DNA of 55,450 nt, counting the filler, from Sphacelaria rigidula (lineage: Eukaryota): assembly GCA_964200075.2 (NCBI GenBank). It is 3 parts of 3 records of this genome, joined end to end, with 100 filler letters (N's around TTAATTAATTAA, not from the genome) between each part and the next. Parts side by side here need not be neighbours in the genome. Positions count along the whole stretch, not along the records: positions 18,520 to 36,937 come from CAXNAA020000863.1; positions 37,038 to 55,450 come from CAXNAA020000864.1; 1 more part is not named here. The stretch is one strand, 5' to 3'. The notes below the pieces were generated by a model. That model had not been told where the DNA came from and did not search any database. It worked only from the letters and a program-made list of their open reading frames with translations. Positions 24,241 through 37,762 of this stretch are shown piece after piece. Both the position numbers and the translations under genes were made by a program. The first letter of the stretch is position 1. Every line of letters starts with the position of its first letter.

Positions 24241-24685
24241 CATCTACGGTGCTTGAGGATAGCTCGCAAAGAGATCGGTCTCGCATGCAGCACCATGCTT
24301 TCAGCACGATAGACTAGTGCTGCAGAATGATGGTGAAATTGATAGTTATACTTGTCACAAGCTCGCATCGTCGGTACAAAGCAAAAACTACTGGGAGGAT
24401 TGGTGCGATGAGGAAAGGGGAGTGACCCGGCGGCCAGAAGCACGGGTGGTGTAACACCCTCTATCACCAGGCAATGTTGTCGGAGACTTCGGATACCACG
24501 CCCCTCACACCTAAAACAACAGCCGATAGACGAGACCTCTCGAATTTTCAGAGTCTTGGGTGTTGTGAAAGTTGAGGCCGTAGAAACAATCGTCTGGGGT
24601 GTCGTGATGAGCTTACTGTGGGTCAGGAGCATGTATGCACTGCAGTTGTGTGTGTGTCATTTTGTCTTGACGAGTAACTTCTCAC

Positions 24686-24766
24686 CTTTGCCTCGAGCTC
24701 CGTGGCCAGGCCTCCGTCTAAAGCGACGAATCCTTTGGCCGAGAGGAAGGCTAAAAATTTAGACAT
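24686..24766 (-). CDS. Homocysteine S-methyltransferase (HMT/MmuM-like), 5' exon only
   Basis: ATG at 24766 gives MSKFLAFLSAKGFVALDGGLATELEAK(G), followed by a GTGAG donor. LDGGLATELE is the characteristic N-terminal motif of this family. No downstream exon (LWSA, SYQA motifs) was found before the gap at 18420-18519. Confidence 0.7.
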
Positions 24767-26485
24767 CGGCACAATGCGATGGAGAAGGTCAGAGTTACCG
24801 CCAGTATCCACCGTTGCTGCAGCAGTAGAGGGATACTACCGTGCGTTCATTGCTGTTGCCGTCAAGCAAACACTTCACCACCTTTCGTCGCCACCTTTGA
24901 CCACTGTCGAGTGGTTTCAAACCCGCGGTCTGATGCAATTGAGGTGTTTTGATTGGCCGGAAATTTGAACGGTTTATCATGGGTGAAATTTCGACAAGTG
25001 GAGATGCCGCCTCTTGCTCGTTGTCTCCTCTCAAAATCACTCTCGCGCTCACATTACAGTTCAACCTGGTAGATAAAGATATACCACCTTGATCGAGGGC
25101 GAGTAGTGCGCGAGGAAAGGGAGAAGGGGAACTCAGTACCGCACTTCACCGGGGACAGACAGGGGGGCGAATCGTTGTGGTGGGTGTTGCTGTTGTACGT
25201 GAAATTCTCCAAACGAGCGCCGCACGACTCCTGGGTTGCGAGAGGGGATCAAGGTTCGCTGCACGCCCACTGTCAACAACACCGACTGACAACTGGAGAT
25301 AGGTACAGTAACAGCAACGTATCAAAACCAGCTGGTGCGGGGGGTACGCTGCTTCTGTTTTGGTGGAACGATTTCGGACTGAGTTTCGAGGTGCTCTTCA
25401 CAGATAGGCAGGGCGCCATGCGGCAGGTGAGTGTGTCTGGGGGCTATCGGAATGCACATAGTAGATAGCTCTTAGATCGCTGTCGCCAGCTAGCGGTTAT
25501 TGAAGCGCTCACATATATAGCCTCGGCAGGCGACCATCACATCTATCCATCTACGTCTCTCCTGATGCACCTTTACAAACATAGCAGCATATCAGTCTGG
25601 CCATGAAAGTATGCACTTCATCATCTCATGTTGAGGTATGTATGGACGCCGTGGCGCGCGCGGCCTTACGCTAGAAATCACGGAGAAGGTTCACTGTCGC
25701 CGCACACACGGCTTCTACGGCTTGTCTGCGGAGGGCGTTCCCCTGCTAAAGAGTTGTGGAAGTAGTCACAGTGTTGTTCATGTATTATAGAAAGATATTG
25801 AAATAATTGTTCTTACACCTGCAGTAGAAATCAGCAGAATAAGACTAGACTCTATCCTGTGGACACTCAAGAAGTAGTTTTTCATCCCTGCAGCAGAAAT
25901 CAGCATAATAATGTCCGTTCAAAAATAGTATCATGAGTGGATCATTCATATCATGAGGGGATCATTCAGCACCAGGATCATGATGAGATCATGCAGCATA
26001 TCTTGCGGGCTCTGTGTACTATTTTGCTCAATACAGGCCACAGTGACCTGCAGTGGCAGTAAATTTCATCTGTAGTTTTCCCGCACAACTACCACGTACG
26101 TAGCGACCTGCTCTTCCTTGCCGTTGTGCATCCCAGGACGATACTTGTAGCGAACGTAAACGTATCGTCTCGTGTCTGTCTCATCGGAGGTGCAGTCGTT
26201 GGGCCATGCTTTGCTCAATACTGTGTTCAACTACCACAGAAGATATGTACGTTGCGGAGCCCTTTAACCACGAAGAGCGTGGGATCTTTCCTGCGTACAG
26301 TAGGAGCAACCAGTATTCGATGATACACGACAAGGGGTGGCGCGGTGACGTGTACGGGCTATGAATGGATCGTTTTGCGATCAAACGGTCAACAATCGCC
26401 AGGGTAGGCGATCTATTGTTGTTGCCGTCGTCATCGTCGTCGCCGTTGTCTTCACATTAAAAATCATTCCGATATCTGCCCTTAG

Positions 26486-26850
26486 TTAACCCTTCGACCA
26501 CCAGGGTGGACCATCGGGGTCTTACATCCAATTCCAACGTCAGTTTTACCCGATTTCGATTCAACGAATGATCCAACCTGGAGGCAACCTGGAGGCCAAA
26601 GGGCTACAGTATAACCCTTAACCCTTAGACCGCGAAGCGGGGAGTCCATCTGGATCATGCATTTTTTTTTTCAAGTGAAAATTGATGCCGATTCAGCAGA
26701 TCACCTACCGTCGCGGTCTAGGGGTTAACCCTTGGATCGCCAGGATGGATCATCTGTGTTTTCCACTCATGTTTCGACTGAACGTGATGCGGGCTCAAGA
26801 AATGGAAAATAAACGACCCGCCCTAGCGGGTCATTTCACCGTCAAGGGTC
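26486..26850. mobile_element. Chain of piggyBac-like TTAA mini-elements, cluster 1
   Basis: TTAA-CCC...GGG-TTAA units; the cleanest is 26622-26724, with TTAA at 26618 and 26725. Confidence 0.75.
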
Positions 26851-27554
26851 ATATACTCCGGTAGTGTTGCATAAAAATTGCAACTGTCCCAATTTGATGT
26901 GGAGAAGAAGTATCATCGATTCGAATCCCACAATCGATTACCGATTGCCACACCGATGTCGATGACAATACGATACGGCTACTATCATATCAGACGTGAA
27001 TTAAGAGGGCCAACAACCAGACCACACGAGAATACACCGCCGAGTGAGTGAAAATAACATGGGAGCACCCGCGGAAACAACGCGTTTGCTCCCTTTTCGC
27101 TGGAGACAGCACCAGACTCATCTATCGTTAGTATTAAGCTAAACTGCATTAGATCACGGCCCGCGCACAACTCTCCCAAGTAGTGGTGCTGAGAGGCCTT
27201 TTCATTTGGGGTGCACAACGAGGGGAACATCACAAGAGACTTCACCATGACGGTCTTCTGTGATAGATGTATTGAGTGACAAGTGTCGACCTGGGGGTAC
27301 CGTGGCGATAGTCGGTAATCGGGTTAAATATCACACCGATGGCATCGGAATATCGAAATTTTTTCGATACGACTAAATTATTGCTTCATCTGTCGATACG
27401 ATTCACCCTTCTGGGACCGGAGTTGACTAACCGGGGATGAGGACCTTTAATAAATCGACATCAGTTACAGTTGAAAACGACTGAACATATGACCTACTCT
27501 CGCTGTCCAAGGGCTGATAAAAGCTTTCCATCCGATATATGCAACACTTGGTTA

Positions 27555-27821
27555 TTAACCCTTGGGCCGCCGGCTGAGAATGAGTCATTCGGGGTTCACG
27601 ATCAAGTTCACTCAACCCTTAGACCGCGAGATTAGTCTTTCTCGATCATGCATACTTTTCCCCACTTGAAATTGATGCCGATTCAACAGAAGACTAACCT
27701 CGCGGTCTAGGGGTTAACCCCTGGAGAGCGAGAGTAGGCCATATGCGGAATCGGCATCAATTTAATAACTTGGAAAAGTGTGCATGATCCAGGTGGACTA
27801 CCCTCGCCGTCCAAGGGTTAA
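27555..27821. mobile_element. Chain of piggyBac-like TTAA mini-elements, cluster 2
   Basis: Units 27616-27713 and 27718-27817 lie in opposite orientation and share the TTAA at 27714-27717. Confidence 0.8.
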
Positions 27822-28910
27822 ACATGATGCCAGTTCAATACATGACCCACCCTGTCTGTCGGTAATGCATATACCCCTTGACAGCTATAGAGTTGTTGAA
27901 TTGACACTTCGACGACACCCAGCTGTTGAGCTGACAATATATTTCATGTTTATTTGAAAAACGAGGGTGAGCCCCAGGCCCTGGATGACGCACCCTGCTA
28001 GTCAACGCATCCGAGGCCTTGAGAGTGTTGCGGTGCGATCTTGCAGTGTTTTCTGTTCGTATTCTCATGTTCCTTTGCTTCTGTGTTTCTTCTTTTCCTT
28101 CCATCGACTTCTTCCTTCTCCTCTTCTCTTCTTTTCCTTCGTTTCTTCTTTTCTTCTTCTACAGCACGGCCACTTAATCTCGGAGATATAACTAGCTAAC
28201 TACAAAGATGGCCGATTCTATGGGTCGTAGACAGATCCAACTTGCATCACAATAATCACTGTTATTATGGGTCCGGGAGATGCGACTCATGTGCGAAAAT
28301 ATAATCAATAATAAGTGAGATGTGCGTGGCAAGTGAGATCCAAATGATCAACCTTGGCGGTCACACTGACCACCATGTACGGTAGTTCATAATGCTCAAC
28401 AAAAAATCCAGGTGACCTACGCTGGCGGTTGTAAGATCTCAAACTCAAGATTCTCGCGATATTCAAGAGTAGTAGAAAAACTGTTGAAGATGTCGGGGTC
28501 ACTGTTGATTATACCGGGAACCTCGAGTTCGAGATACCTGTAGTGAGCTGGCCACGAGATATATGGCGGCGCCACAGTACAGAAGTACAGCAGAAGGAGG
28601 GCAGCTGATGGATAGAAGTGCAGACGTGACAGCTTACATGCATCCGGATCAAAGTGCGCGCATGAACAACGTCAATAAATACATCACCCTTGTACCTCTC
28701 CCCCAGTGTGCAGTTATAATTAGTTGGCCGACAGTGGCACGTCACGTAATCATCGAGCCGCTGCAAAATCTTCGCCGTGATCACAGCAAAACAGACAGAC
28801 GTCCTGCAGAGAAGGGTCCACACGCATTCGGATCTAAAATACACGCATGGGCAATGTTGTAAGATACATCACTACTACTACTGTACATCACCCATCGAAT
28901 GATTAATTGA

Positions 28911-29773
28911 TAGAGCTCGGAAATGGTTTGTCTAACCACCATCATCAGCCAGTTGGATGAAACGCGTAGCGCATCCATACTTATTATTATTAACCAGTTA
29001 AATGGTACATAATGGCTTGGTCATCGAACGGCGGACCTGCGAGCCGAAAATTCCGGCATAGGGGGCTCCGCCGTAGGCACCCCCGGAGGGCCCTGCCGGT
29101 GGCGCCCTGCCAGAGGCACGGTTTTTGCGATTTGGCTTCACTAGAGCTAAAGATACGTCAAATTTAGGCCAGTTTTCGAGGGCGGTATGTAGCGTACGTA
29201 GCCGGTAACGGCTTTATTAAGCCGGTAACGGTAAATGATGGTTTGACACCATTATCTGAACTTTTCATGTTACCATTACCATTATTTCCATTATAATGAT
29301 AATGGCCATTTATAACTGGTACCATTTACGAGCTCTATTTAGTTGACCGACTGTTGCTAGAGCTCGGGAATTATTTGTCTTACCATTCATCAGTTGAATG
29401 TTACGCGTAGCGTACTAATGGACCAGTTAAATGGTATATGATGATTTGGCCATGGAGCGGCGCAGCCGCGAGCCAAAAAGTCCCCCTCGGCAGAGGGGGA
29501 ACCGCCGGAGGCGCCCCCGGAGGATCCCGCTGGAGGCGCCGTGCCGGAGGCGCATTTTTACGTGATTTGGCTTCACTAGAGTTATAAAATACGTTAAATT
29601 TGGGCCATTTTTCAAGGGCTGTATGTAGCATACGTAGCCGGTAACGTCTTACAATGCCGGTAACGCTAAACGATTGCTTGGAACCATTATCCATCATTTT
29701 CATAGAACCATTACCATTATTGTAAAATATAATGGCCAGTTGTTTCATTTACTGGTACCTTTTCCGAGCTCTA
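28911..29773 (+). mobile_element. Two adjacent copies of a ~420-bp MITE, probably hAT-type (28911-29337, 29358-29773)
   Basis: Ends are tagagctcggaaatggt...accatttacgagctcta and the bodies are homologous. Flanks resemble imperfect 8-bp TSDs (ttaattga/ttagttga; actgttgc). Confidence 0.7.
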
Positions 29774-29793
29774 ACTGTCTGTTGCACATTACA

Positions 29794-30380
29794 CTAACCC
29801 TTTCACCGCGAGGGGAGGTCACCAGTGGAATCAGCATCAATTTCACTTGAAAAAAGTATGCGTGATACAGATGGACTATCCGCATCGAGGTCTAAGGGTT
29901 AACCCATGGACCGCGAGGGTAGTCCATCTGGATGATGCGTAATTTTTTCAAGGAACAGTGATGCCGATTTAACAGATGACATACTCTCGCCGTCAAAGGG
30001 TTAACCATTGGCCCGCCACGAAACTCAGCAGCCGTCACTTCAACAAGGTACATAGACGTGCCGGATAAAAGTGCAGGCATGAAAGTTGAGGGCCTGTTTG
30101 GACGAGACAAGAATGAAAATGACATCGCGCGCCGTCAGAGTGATATGTTTCTGTGATCTTGGTGGTCTTGGTGTTTTTTTGTCGTTCTTTCGATTGGTTG
30201 AGAGTTGATGGGCAACGAACTGGAAGGGCCAACAAAAAACCCCCCACGAACAACGCCAGAATCACTCTTCTCACCCTCACGGTGCGTGCTGACTTTTCTC
30301 GCCTCAATCATGCATGCTTTTTTCGAGTGAATATTGATGCCGATTCAGCACGTGACCTGCCCTAGCGGTCAAAGGGTTGA
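29794..30380. mobile_element. Chain of piggyBac-like TTAA mini-elements, cluster 3
   Basis: Units 29798-29898 (reverse) and 29903-30000 (forward) share TTAA 29899-29902; a degenerate unit lies near 30273-30378. Confidence 0.75.
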
Positions 30381-31413
30381 AACACGCGGCCTTACATGCA
30401 TCCGGTCGAATCAAAATGCACGCATGAACAGTGTTGATGATAGTATATCACAGACAGTTGCGCATCTCACCCATTGTATGGTTTATTGATCGAGTGTTAC
30501 ACATCACACAAATTATCGGCCCGCTACAAATTCAGCCGAGATCACGACAAACTAGACAGAGGTGCCCCCCCCCCAAGAAAAGAATAAGCAGCGGAAACTC
30601 TCGCTGATAAGGAAACTGAAGGCAAAAGAGGAGAAGGAAAGATGAAAAAGGAAGAAAGAGATGCGGAATGAAAGCCGATAGAAAAAGAAGAAGCAACGAA
30701 AGCAAAATGAAGGGCGCATAAGGAGGCACGGGAGGCAGGGAAAGAAGGGATTGAAAAAAAAAGAGGTGATCGATAAAGAAGAACGCTATTGTTATTATTA
30801 TAGGATACATATCTATTAATAGTACAAGTAGCGTCTCAAGAGTCAAGGGAAAAGTCTCAAAGGCCTCTGCCGCATGACCTTTGCTGAGTTAAAATGTAAT
30901 GGGATCCAAAACTGGCGGTACAAAGGGACTGATTCTGTAATTTCGTTTCTAACACAATATGTCATGGGGACAGAAGTGAGCATACGCAACCGTTACAATT
31001 TCGTGTCATCGAGGAAAATCCCACCATGGAGATACAGCAGTGAACCCTATTTTTGTGTCGAGTCGCCCGGCTGTCGAAAGTTGCAACATGGGTTTTTTTA
31101 GACTTTTTGATGATGAAGCTGGTTTGTTTGCGAGAGAAAAGAAGCGCGAGTAGGCTACGCTTTCCCTGACGATAATTGCTACGGAACCAGCGTAGTGACG
31201 TGTAGTAGCCCGCGGTGAGGTCTTGAGCGTATCAGTGCGCTGTGCTTTGCTTGGGTATGTTTGATGCCGTGTACTGTAGAGTATACAACCAGAATTTAAA
31301 AAGGAATATCCATGCAACGCAGTGCTCAGGGATGAGATATCCAATCAGTCTAGGAACAACCTAAACGGGAAAAAGGCTCAGACTCTTCACGTGGAGCAGT
31401 TTCCCCGTCAATA

Positions 31414-31708
31414 CCCATTGACCACGAATCACAGGGGGGTTGTCACTCCAGCTTACATTAGGCCGCGTTCCGCAGGTGACGTACCCTCGCGGTCAAAGGG
31501 TTGACCCCTAGATCGCGATGGTAGTCTTCCTGGACCATGCATACTCTTTTCAAGTGAAATTGATGCCGATTCCACACATGACCTACTCTCGCTGTCTAGG
31601 GGTTAACCCCTATACCGCGAGGGCAGTCCATCTGGACCATACATACTTTTTTCAAGTGAAAATTGATGCCGATTCAGCAGATGACCAACCCTCGCGGTCG
31701 AAGGTTCA
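31414..31708 (+). mobile_element. Chain of piggyBac-like TTAA mini-elements, cluster 4
   Basis: Three units (31414-31500, 31505-31602, 31607-31704) are separated by TTGA and TTAA. Confidence 0.8.
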
Positions 31709-33620
31709 ATATTATTCCAAAATCATCAACTTCCGAGAAGTGTCTTTCATTTTTCTCTGCAAAAGATGCGCGAGCATGACTCAAGATATAGCGAGCAAGG
31801 CAGCTAGCTCGTCCACAACGACCAGTTTTGTGCCCTAACGGGGAAACACAAACGGGCTTTCTTCGTGCTTTTGTTTCCTATGCGTTTTTTCCCACAAACA
31901 AATTGCGTCTTGTTCAAAACCGGGTCAGTTTGAAGCGGAAACTCCGCGGAGGCGTTACAATTGCTTGACATTAGTGTGGATGGCCGAGAAACAAGAACGT
32001 AAGTTATGCGAAGTATGCGGAAGCATAAGAAGAAATAAACGCCTAACGTTCTATTGGTGTTGGACGCATTCGGAAGTAGGTCTGGAAAAAATGTCATCGG
32101 GCATGACTGGAGCACGAGATTACTGAAACACACGACACGTACAGTACACAACCCAGCCCGAACACGCACGCACGGACAGCTGCACTACGCCTCGCGCTAA
32201 CTCTTGCTCGTCTGCACCACTGTTGCTTGTATTCACGGCAATGTATTCGGTATTGGAAGAGGGCCGGCCTTGTGTGACACAAATGTTGCTCGCGACGGAG
32301 TCGTTGGCCGTTCGTGGGTGTTTTATTCGGCGCCCGTCTGACATGAATCACCGCGGGGCTCCGTCAATTTTGAAACGATTTGCCCGGAGCCAAAAACGTT
32401 GTACTCAGTTGATCGCAAAACTCTGGCGGTTTCCGGATTTCAGCTTTCGAATCCGGCTGACATTCAGAGCTAATCCATAGACCGCAGAGATGCTGCTAAA
32501 CTTCCATCCTTTAATCTTCACACTGATATGGTCAAGAACATTGCACTTGCCTACAAGAAAAGTTATGTTGCATGTGCCCGCAGAAACAGTACAAACGACA
32601 ACAACTGTGCCCGCAGACTGCAAAACCTACATCACTCTCATCTTTATCTTTGGAAATCTGCAAAAAAAGAACAAGCTGTAGCTACAAGTCGCTGTCACCT
32701 GACACGCAAAGGAAGGCCGCTTGTTGATTTATTGGTTCATTGGTTGATTATTAGATTGATTGTCGCACATTTACTGATCCGTGAGCCACCCAGACGCGGT
32801 AAAGTTATAGTATGCTACGATAGGGAGGGGGAATTTTGGGCCGTTTCTTCCACGAGGTTATACTTCGTTGAAAGCAGCAAGGGTTATTCGAATGTGCTTG
32901 CTCCCCATAAATAACGCTCATTCACACTGCTTGATACAGCGTCTACCCAAATACAAGCGCACCGCGAGTATACTAGGTCGGTTGACGCACCTATAAGCCC
33001 ATTGTTTCGTCGAATCGAACAACCTCCTCCCCCTCTGTCGTATTTAGGAGTAGGAACGGTGCTCCATCTCGAAAGGGATGTGTGATCAATCGTCAAACGA
33101 CAAAGGCAAGCAACGAATGAGTATCCCCCCCCCCTCTATCGGAGAATGACTCGTCATTACATACAAGATAGACGCACTCAAGACCAACACAACGGAAACG
33201 CTCGCTGTGGAAAGTAAAAAAACAAAAAAAGACAAAAAGTCAAGAAGATGTCGCAGAACTCATATATCCGATTGATTTGTTTTCGCATCCCCAGGGGAAA
33301 AGTCGCATGAACAAAATTCTTGTCCACGTACCGTCGCTCAGCGCGGCTGCCGTACTCATCATGTACACATACAAGACGAGTGACCCGTCGTGGCTTCTTG
33401 CAGTATCGCTGATGCAATGCGAATACGAACAAGATCACGGCGCGAATGAAAATGTATACACAATACGCCACGCTTCTCTCGTCGACGCTCACCCACCGTA
33501 CCGTCGCTTGTGTTCGACCCCACTCCAACGCCCCGCTGCCCGTGTCTTGCTCGCTTTTGTTCCGCTTACACCTACTTTGAACTGTAGCCCCGAAATACCA
33601 ACTTTTCGACATCGTCCGCC

Positions 33621-36347
33621 ATGAGCTCACCGGGAAATTTCGGCCCGGGTCTCAGTCATATTCCGTTTGACTGGGCAGCCTCCAATGAACTGATGGGTGA
33701 GGTCAACGGCATCCCGGCGTGCAACGGGAATATCCGTGCGGAGTACTTGCGGGTGCTGCAGTATCGCGGCGCATCGAGGGAAACGATGGAGCTGGCGGCC
33801 AACTTTGCCCATAGAATAAAGGTCTGTCTGGCCGCTCTGTCGTTGCCTTGTCCGCGCCATCGAACACCGAACAGCCAATGCATTATGAGGAGCATCACTT
33901 GACAACACTGATGTAGCGTACGTGGCGTCCTGAGGGATTGCGCGAAATCCTTCGACATTTACGAATAGTATAGGTCTCAGGTTTCAATGCTGAGCTTTGT
34001 GTGTCCTTCGTTCGTTTCCCTGCGCAGTTACCCACGATTGTTAGCGAGACTATGTCCGTTACGTTTCCGGGGATTGCAAAGCTATGGCTGTATGGCGACA
34101 TTTCAAACTATGAACACTAGCATCTGCTTTTATTCACGCCACAAACGCGCTGGTGAAGGAAGCGTCCTCAGACTGACTGCGCTATTCTGGACCTTGAATT
34201 TGGCCATGTATGACGAAATATCGGCTGGTGTTTTCGAAACTTTAAGCTGTAACGTCTGATGCGCACCACGCACAGGAGGAGCGCGTTCTTGGCGAGGGCA
34301 CATACGGTGCTGTGGCGAGAGCCCGAGACTTGACGACCGGGAAAAATTTCGCGGTGAAAAGAAATACCCGCACCGAGGTGAAAGCTCGTTGGGTTACGCA
34401 CACCATGCTGAGGTGTTCATTCACTTAAGATACGCAGCAGCCGTGACGCTGATCAGCTCATGCCTGGTTCCAAGGACTTCAGCATTACTTCGCCAGTTGT
34501 TTTGCAAAGCATAGCGTATCCGGGGGTTTACGGAATATTTCGAGAAAATATGTGCGGTTTTTGTTCCTTTCTCGACGTGTTGCTACCTCACGCGCTCGAG
34601 GGGCATGGGTTCTTTTCAATGTGTATAAGTATTGGAGAATATTTTGGGGGCAATATAATCCAGATACGACCTAGAGATATCCGGGTGGACATGTCGCGAG
34701 TACATGGCTGACATCTCCCGCGCGTATCACGTGAAAATCTCACGCCAGCAAGAAGTCACACCCAAGGGCACGAATCAAACTTTGGTCCGGGTGATGAAAC
34801 AAATCTACCGCGCACAGCTGGAGGTTTGTGTCAGCGATATTACACACGAGATGTTTGCGGGCATATCAACTCGGATAGTGTCGCGTGTAGGCGAACCCTG
34901 ATTCAGCAGTTGGCAAAAAGCAACGCTGTCAGAAGTCAGCTCACGAGCCGGTCGCCGTTTCAAAAAATAGAGTAGCATAACCAGCACATTTGGCTGAACT
35001 CTAGCCCAGTAGGTAAGCCTCCCACTGCTCCCAGTTCGAGTAGTGTATACGGTACTCGAAACTAACTGGTAGCACCCACCCCTACTTTCCGTCGGCACCT
35101 ACACCGCGTTGTACAACATCAGGGGGTGTACTACCGCACTCAGCTAGTGGAGATGCTGGTAATCGCCAGGTGAGTACCTTGTGTGTGTATGTGTGTGTTT
35201 TCCCAAATGAAACAAAGGAGGTACCATCTTGAAAAAAAAACTCGTCCTTCGTTTGTTCCCATGACTGTGACTATTTTTATTTTTTCGGCACAACGTAGCG
35301 AAACCTTTCCTTGTTGGGTCACCTTGCGGGCGCGTTCCGCTGTCAACTATGTCGTGCGTCCGAATCTAAAAGAAGAGAGATTGTCGAGAAACGACGACCT
35401 TACCGGAGTTTGGACGGCTGTGGGTTGTTTTTCTTGCGTTGTTAACCGTGTACTCTTTGACGATGTTCGTCCACCGGATCAAGGTCTGTGAATATGACAA
35501 ACCAGATACAGCATATCCGCAGAACACACACTTGGTCGTCTGCGTTCGTGCCACATTCGCACCGCCGGCTCTGGTTTGGTAATTTTGGACTTTTCAAGTA
35601 CTTTCTCCAGGGAGATGGCTTGGATGGCTCGATCATACCCGCTACATGATACTGGTCGGTGTGTGCGTGGACTTAATCGTTTCAACCCCTGGTTCAAGCA
35701 CGTTTCGTGCTGTAAACTAGCAAGCTGGGCTATAGACTATATGCACTACGTCTGTAAAGCAGCACACGCGATGAACAATGGCGCGCCACTTCGGCTTGTG
35801 CTGTGCCAATAACCAAGAATCTGCACAGCTACAATCCCAACCGGATAGGAAATATATCACGGTTAGGACGAATCATCACGACCACGAATCGCCAAATCCA
35901 CGATTTCTTTGGCCTGATTGCCAAAAAGGGAGAAAAAAGTTGACCGCTGGTCCAAGGGGTACCCACGCAACTTTTGCGCCATTCCACGTGTCTAGGCTGC
36001 GTGTACCTGGGTTGCAACGCTGACAACAAAGCGTAGGGTTTGAGTCGTAGGAGTCGAATCAACTATACTAAAACCAAGTAATTTCCAGACGAATCATCAT
36101 GTGTCCGACCCTTAAAATATATCCTCCTTTTTGTCTGAATGCTACTCCTTCTCCTCCCTGTCTTTACATCGTCGTGGATTTTCATTCCTACATCCAGCGT
36201 ACAAGGTCACGAACATGTGCTTCAACTGTTCGGTATAGACGATCGTCCGCCGTCGGCACTCCTTCTGATGGAGCTGTGCGCGGGTACCCTCGAAGACTCG
36301 GTATACGGGGGAAACCCGATGCAACTCACGTTGGCAGATCAGCTCAG
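33621..36347 (+). CDS. Protein kinase, N-terminal part (subdomains I-V); 3' half missing at the assembly gap
   Basis: Exons 33621-33821, 34276-34377, 35123-35169 and 36198-36347 splice in phase. They give the Gly-loop LGEGTYGAV, beta3 FAVK, an alphaC Glu (TQLVEM), GHEHVLQLFG and the hinge LLMELCAGTL. No HRD or DFG exon was found after the gap. Confidence 0.85.
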
Positions 36348-36782
36348 GTACAGCAAAACAAGCAATTGCAGACATTCCCGGGATGATTCTTGTGACAGCG
36401 GCAAGATCAGCCAACCTGCGAAATGATTTTCCGCCCGGGATCATAATATCTAGGATCAATATTCGCACCTGTATGTCTACGTGCATCCTCGTGTCCTGCC
36501 CTGGTGGTACTAGACTCAGATCTGAGGTGATACTGTACAGATTTTCGTACTCGAGGAAACGAAAAGCCCGCGTCACACGAATTGCTTGCACTGCACTGTG
36601 AGATGACCACGCTAGTTGTCGGCTTGTACCATACTCTGTGGGGACCCCGCGTCGCCAGTAGATTCATGTTGTGCTTTCATTTCCATTTAACGTACCCCGC
36701 GGTACCAGGACGTGAGCAACTCATCAGAGGCTGTCATCTATATATAAGATGATTTGTACGCTTCAGGCCGAAACAACCTTAG

Positions 36783-36937
36783 TAGGATGCAGCTCACCCT
36801 TCGCGCGACTCGCTGAACTTAACGCTTGGTGATTTCCAGTCTGGCCCGGCGAAAAAGCGGCGTGCTCCGTCCCGGCTTTGAAGGAATGCGGGTCAATGGT
36901 GTATGACTAGGGCATGCAAGATCATGAGTACCCCCCC
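36783..36937 (+). repeat. Dispersed repeat family (also ~10070-10255 minus, 55368-55450 minus, shorter relatives near 33061-33133 and 47672-47742)
   Basis: Shared gtgctccgtcccggc...gatgcg.ggtcaat...atgacta.ggcatg.a.gatcatgagta followed by a C-run. Confidence 0.7.
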
Positions 36938-37037
36938 NNNNNNNNNNNNNNNNNNNNNNNNNNNNNNNNNNNNNNNNNNNNTTAATTAATTAANNNNNNN
37001 NNNNNNNNNNNNNNNNNNNNNNNNNNNNNNNNNNNNN
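36938..37037. other. Assembly linker N44-TTAATTAATTAA-N44
   Basis: Identical to the linker at 18420-18519. Confidence 0.97.
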
Positions 37038-37762
37038 TGGCAGGCCTGCAACGGATTCAAATTGTCTGCCCCGTCGATCAGCCCCGTGGAATTTCACCCA
37101 ACACCCCATCCACTGCAGCGCGTACACTCACACGTACACGAACGGATCAATGTATGGTCAAACGTGATGATCCAGAGGTGAAGCGTACAAGTATGGTTAT
37201 CCCATTTTGGCGGAAAGAACGCCTCGCTTGTCGCGAAGGGCGGTCCAAACGCTACACGTGCACGCCCACCAGCGGAAAAGAGTTTGAAAACTGCTGAGGC
37301 TCGTTGCCCGCGGTGCCATACCCTCTCCTCTTTCCTTGGCAACTCATGCTTTTCTAGGGCATCCCGCTCCGTACACGCGGTTCTCGGTCGAAGCTGGAGA
37401 ACCTCTTTGACATGTCTATTACGCTGTCGGGATGTAGGAAATTTGAAGGACACGTGAGAAAGAGACAGTGTGTGTGGTGGGATACTCGGTCAATCTCAGG
37501 GACGCGACACGTCCCGATCTTGTGGGTGCTCGTTCTGTTGAAAACATCCAGATGTGGTAGCCTCTCTGCACGCGTCCGCTCCAAACAAGCTGTTCACCTA
37601 CTGTAGGATCACCCGATCTGGCTGGCACCAACGTTGCTTTTGCTCAGCAATGGAGTAGAGTGAGCGCCGGGCACTGTGCCCGTTTTCCTCGTTCCTCGTT
37701 CCTCATTTGAGTTTCGCTCAAGACTGGTCTTCCCTGTCCCCACGTCACGTCCTTCCGCTGCG

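Noticed and set aside
26486..31708. CRISPR-like repeat-spacer array
   Set aside because: The apparent spacers are homologous to each other, orientations vary, and no cas genes are present. TTAA-TIR elements explain the pattern.
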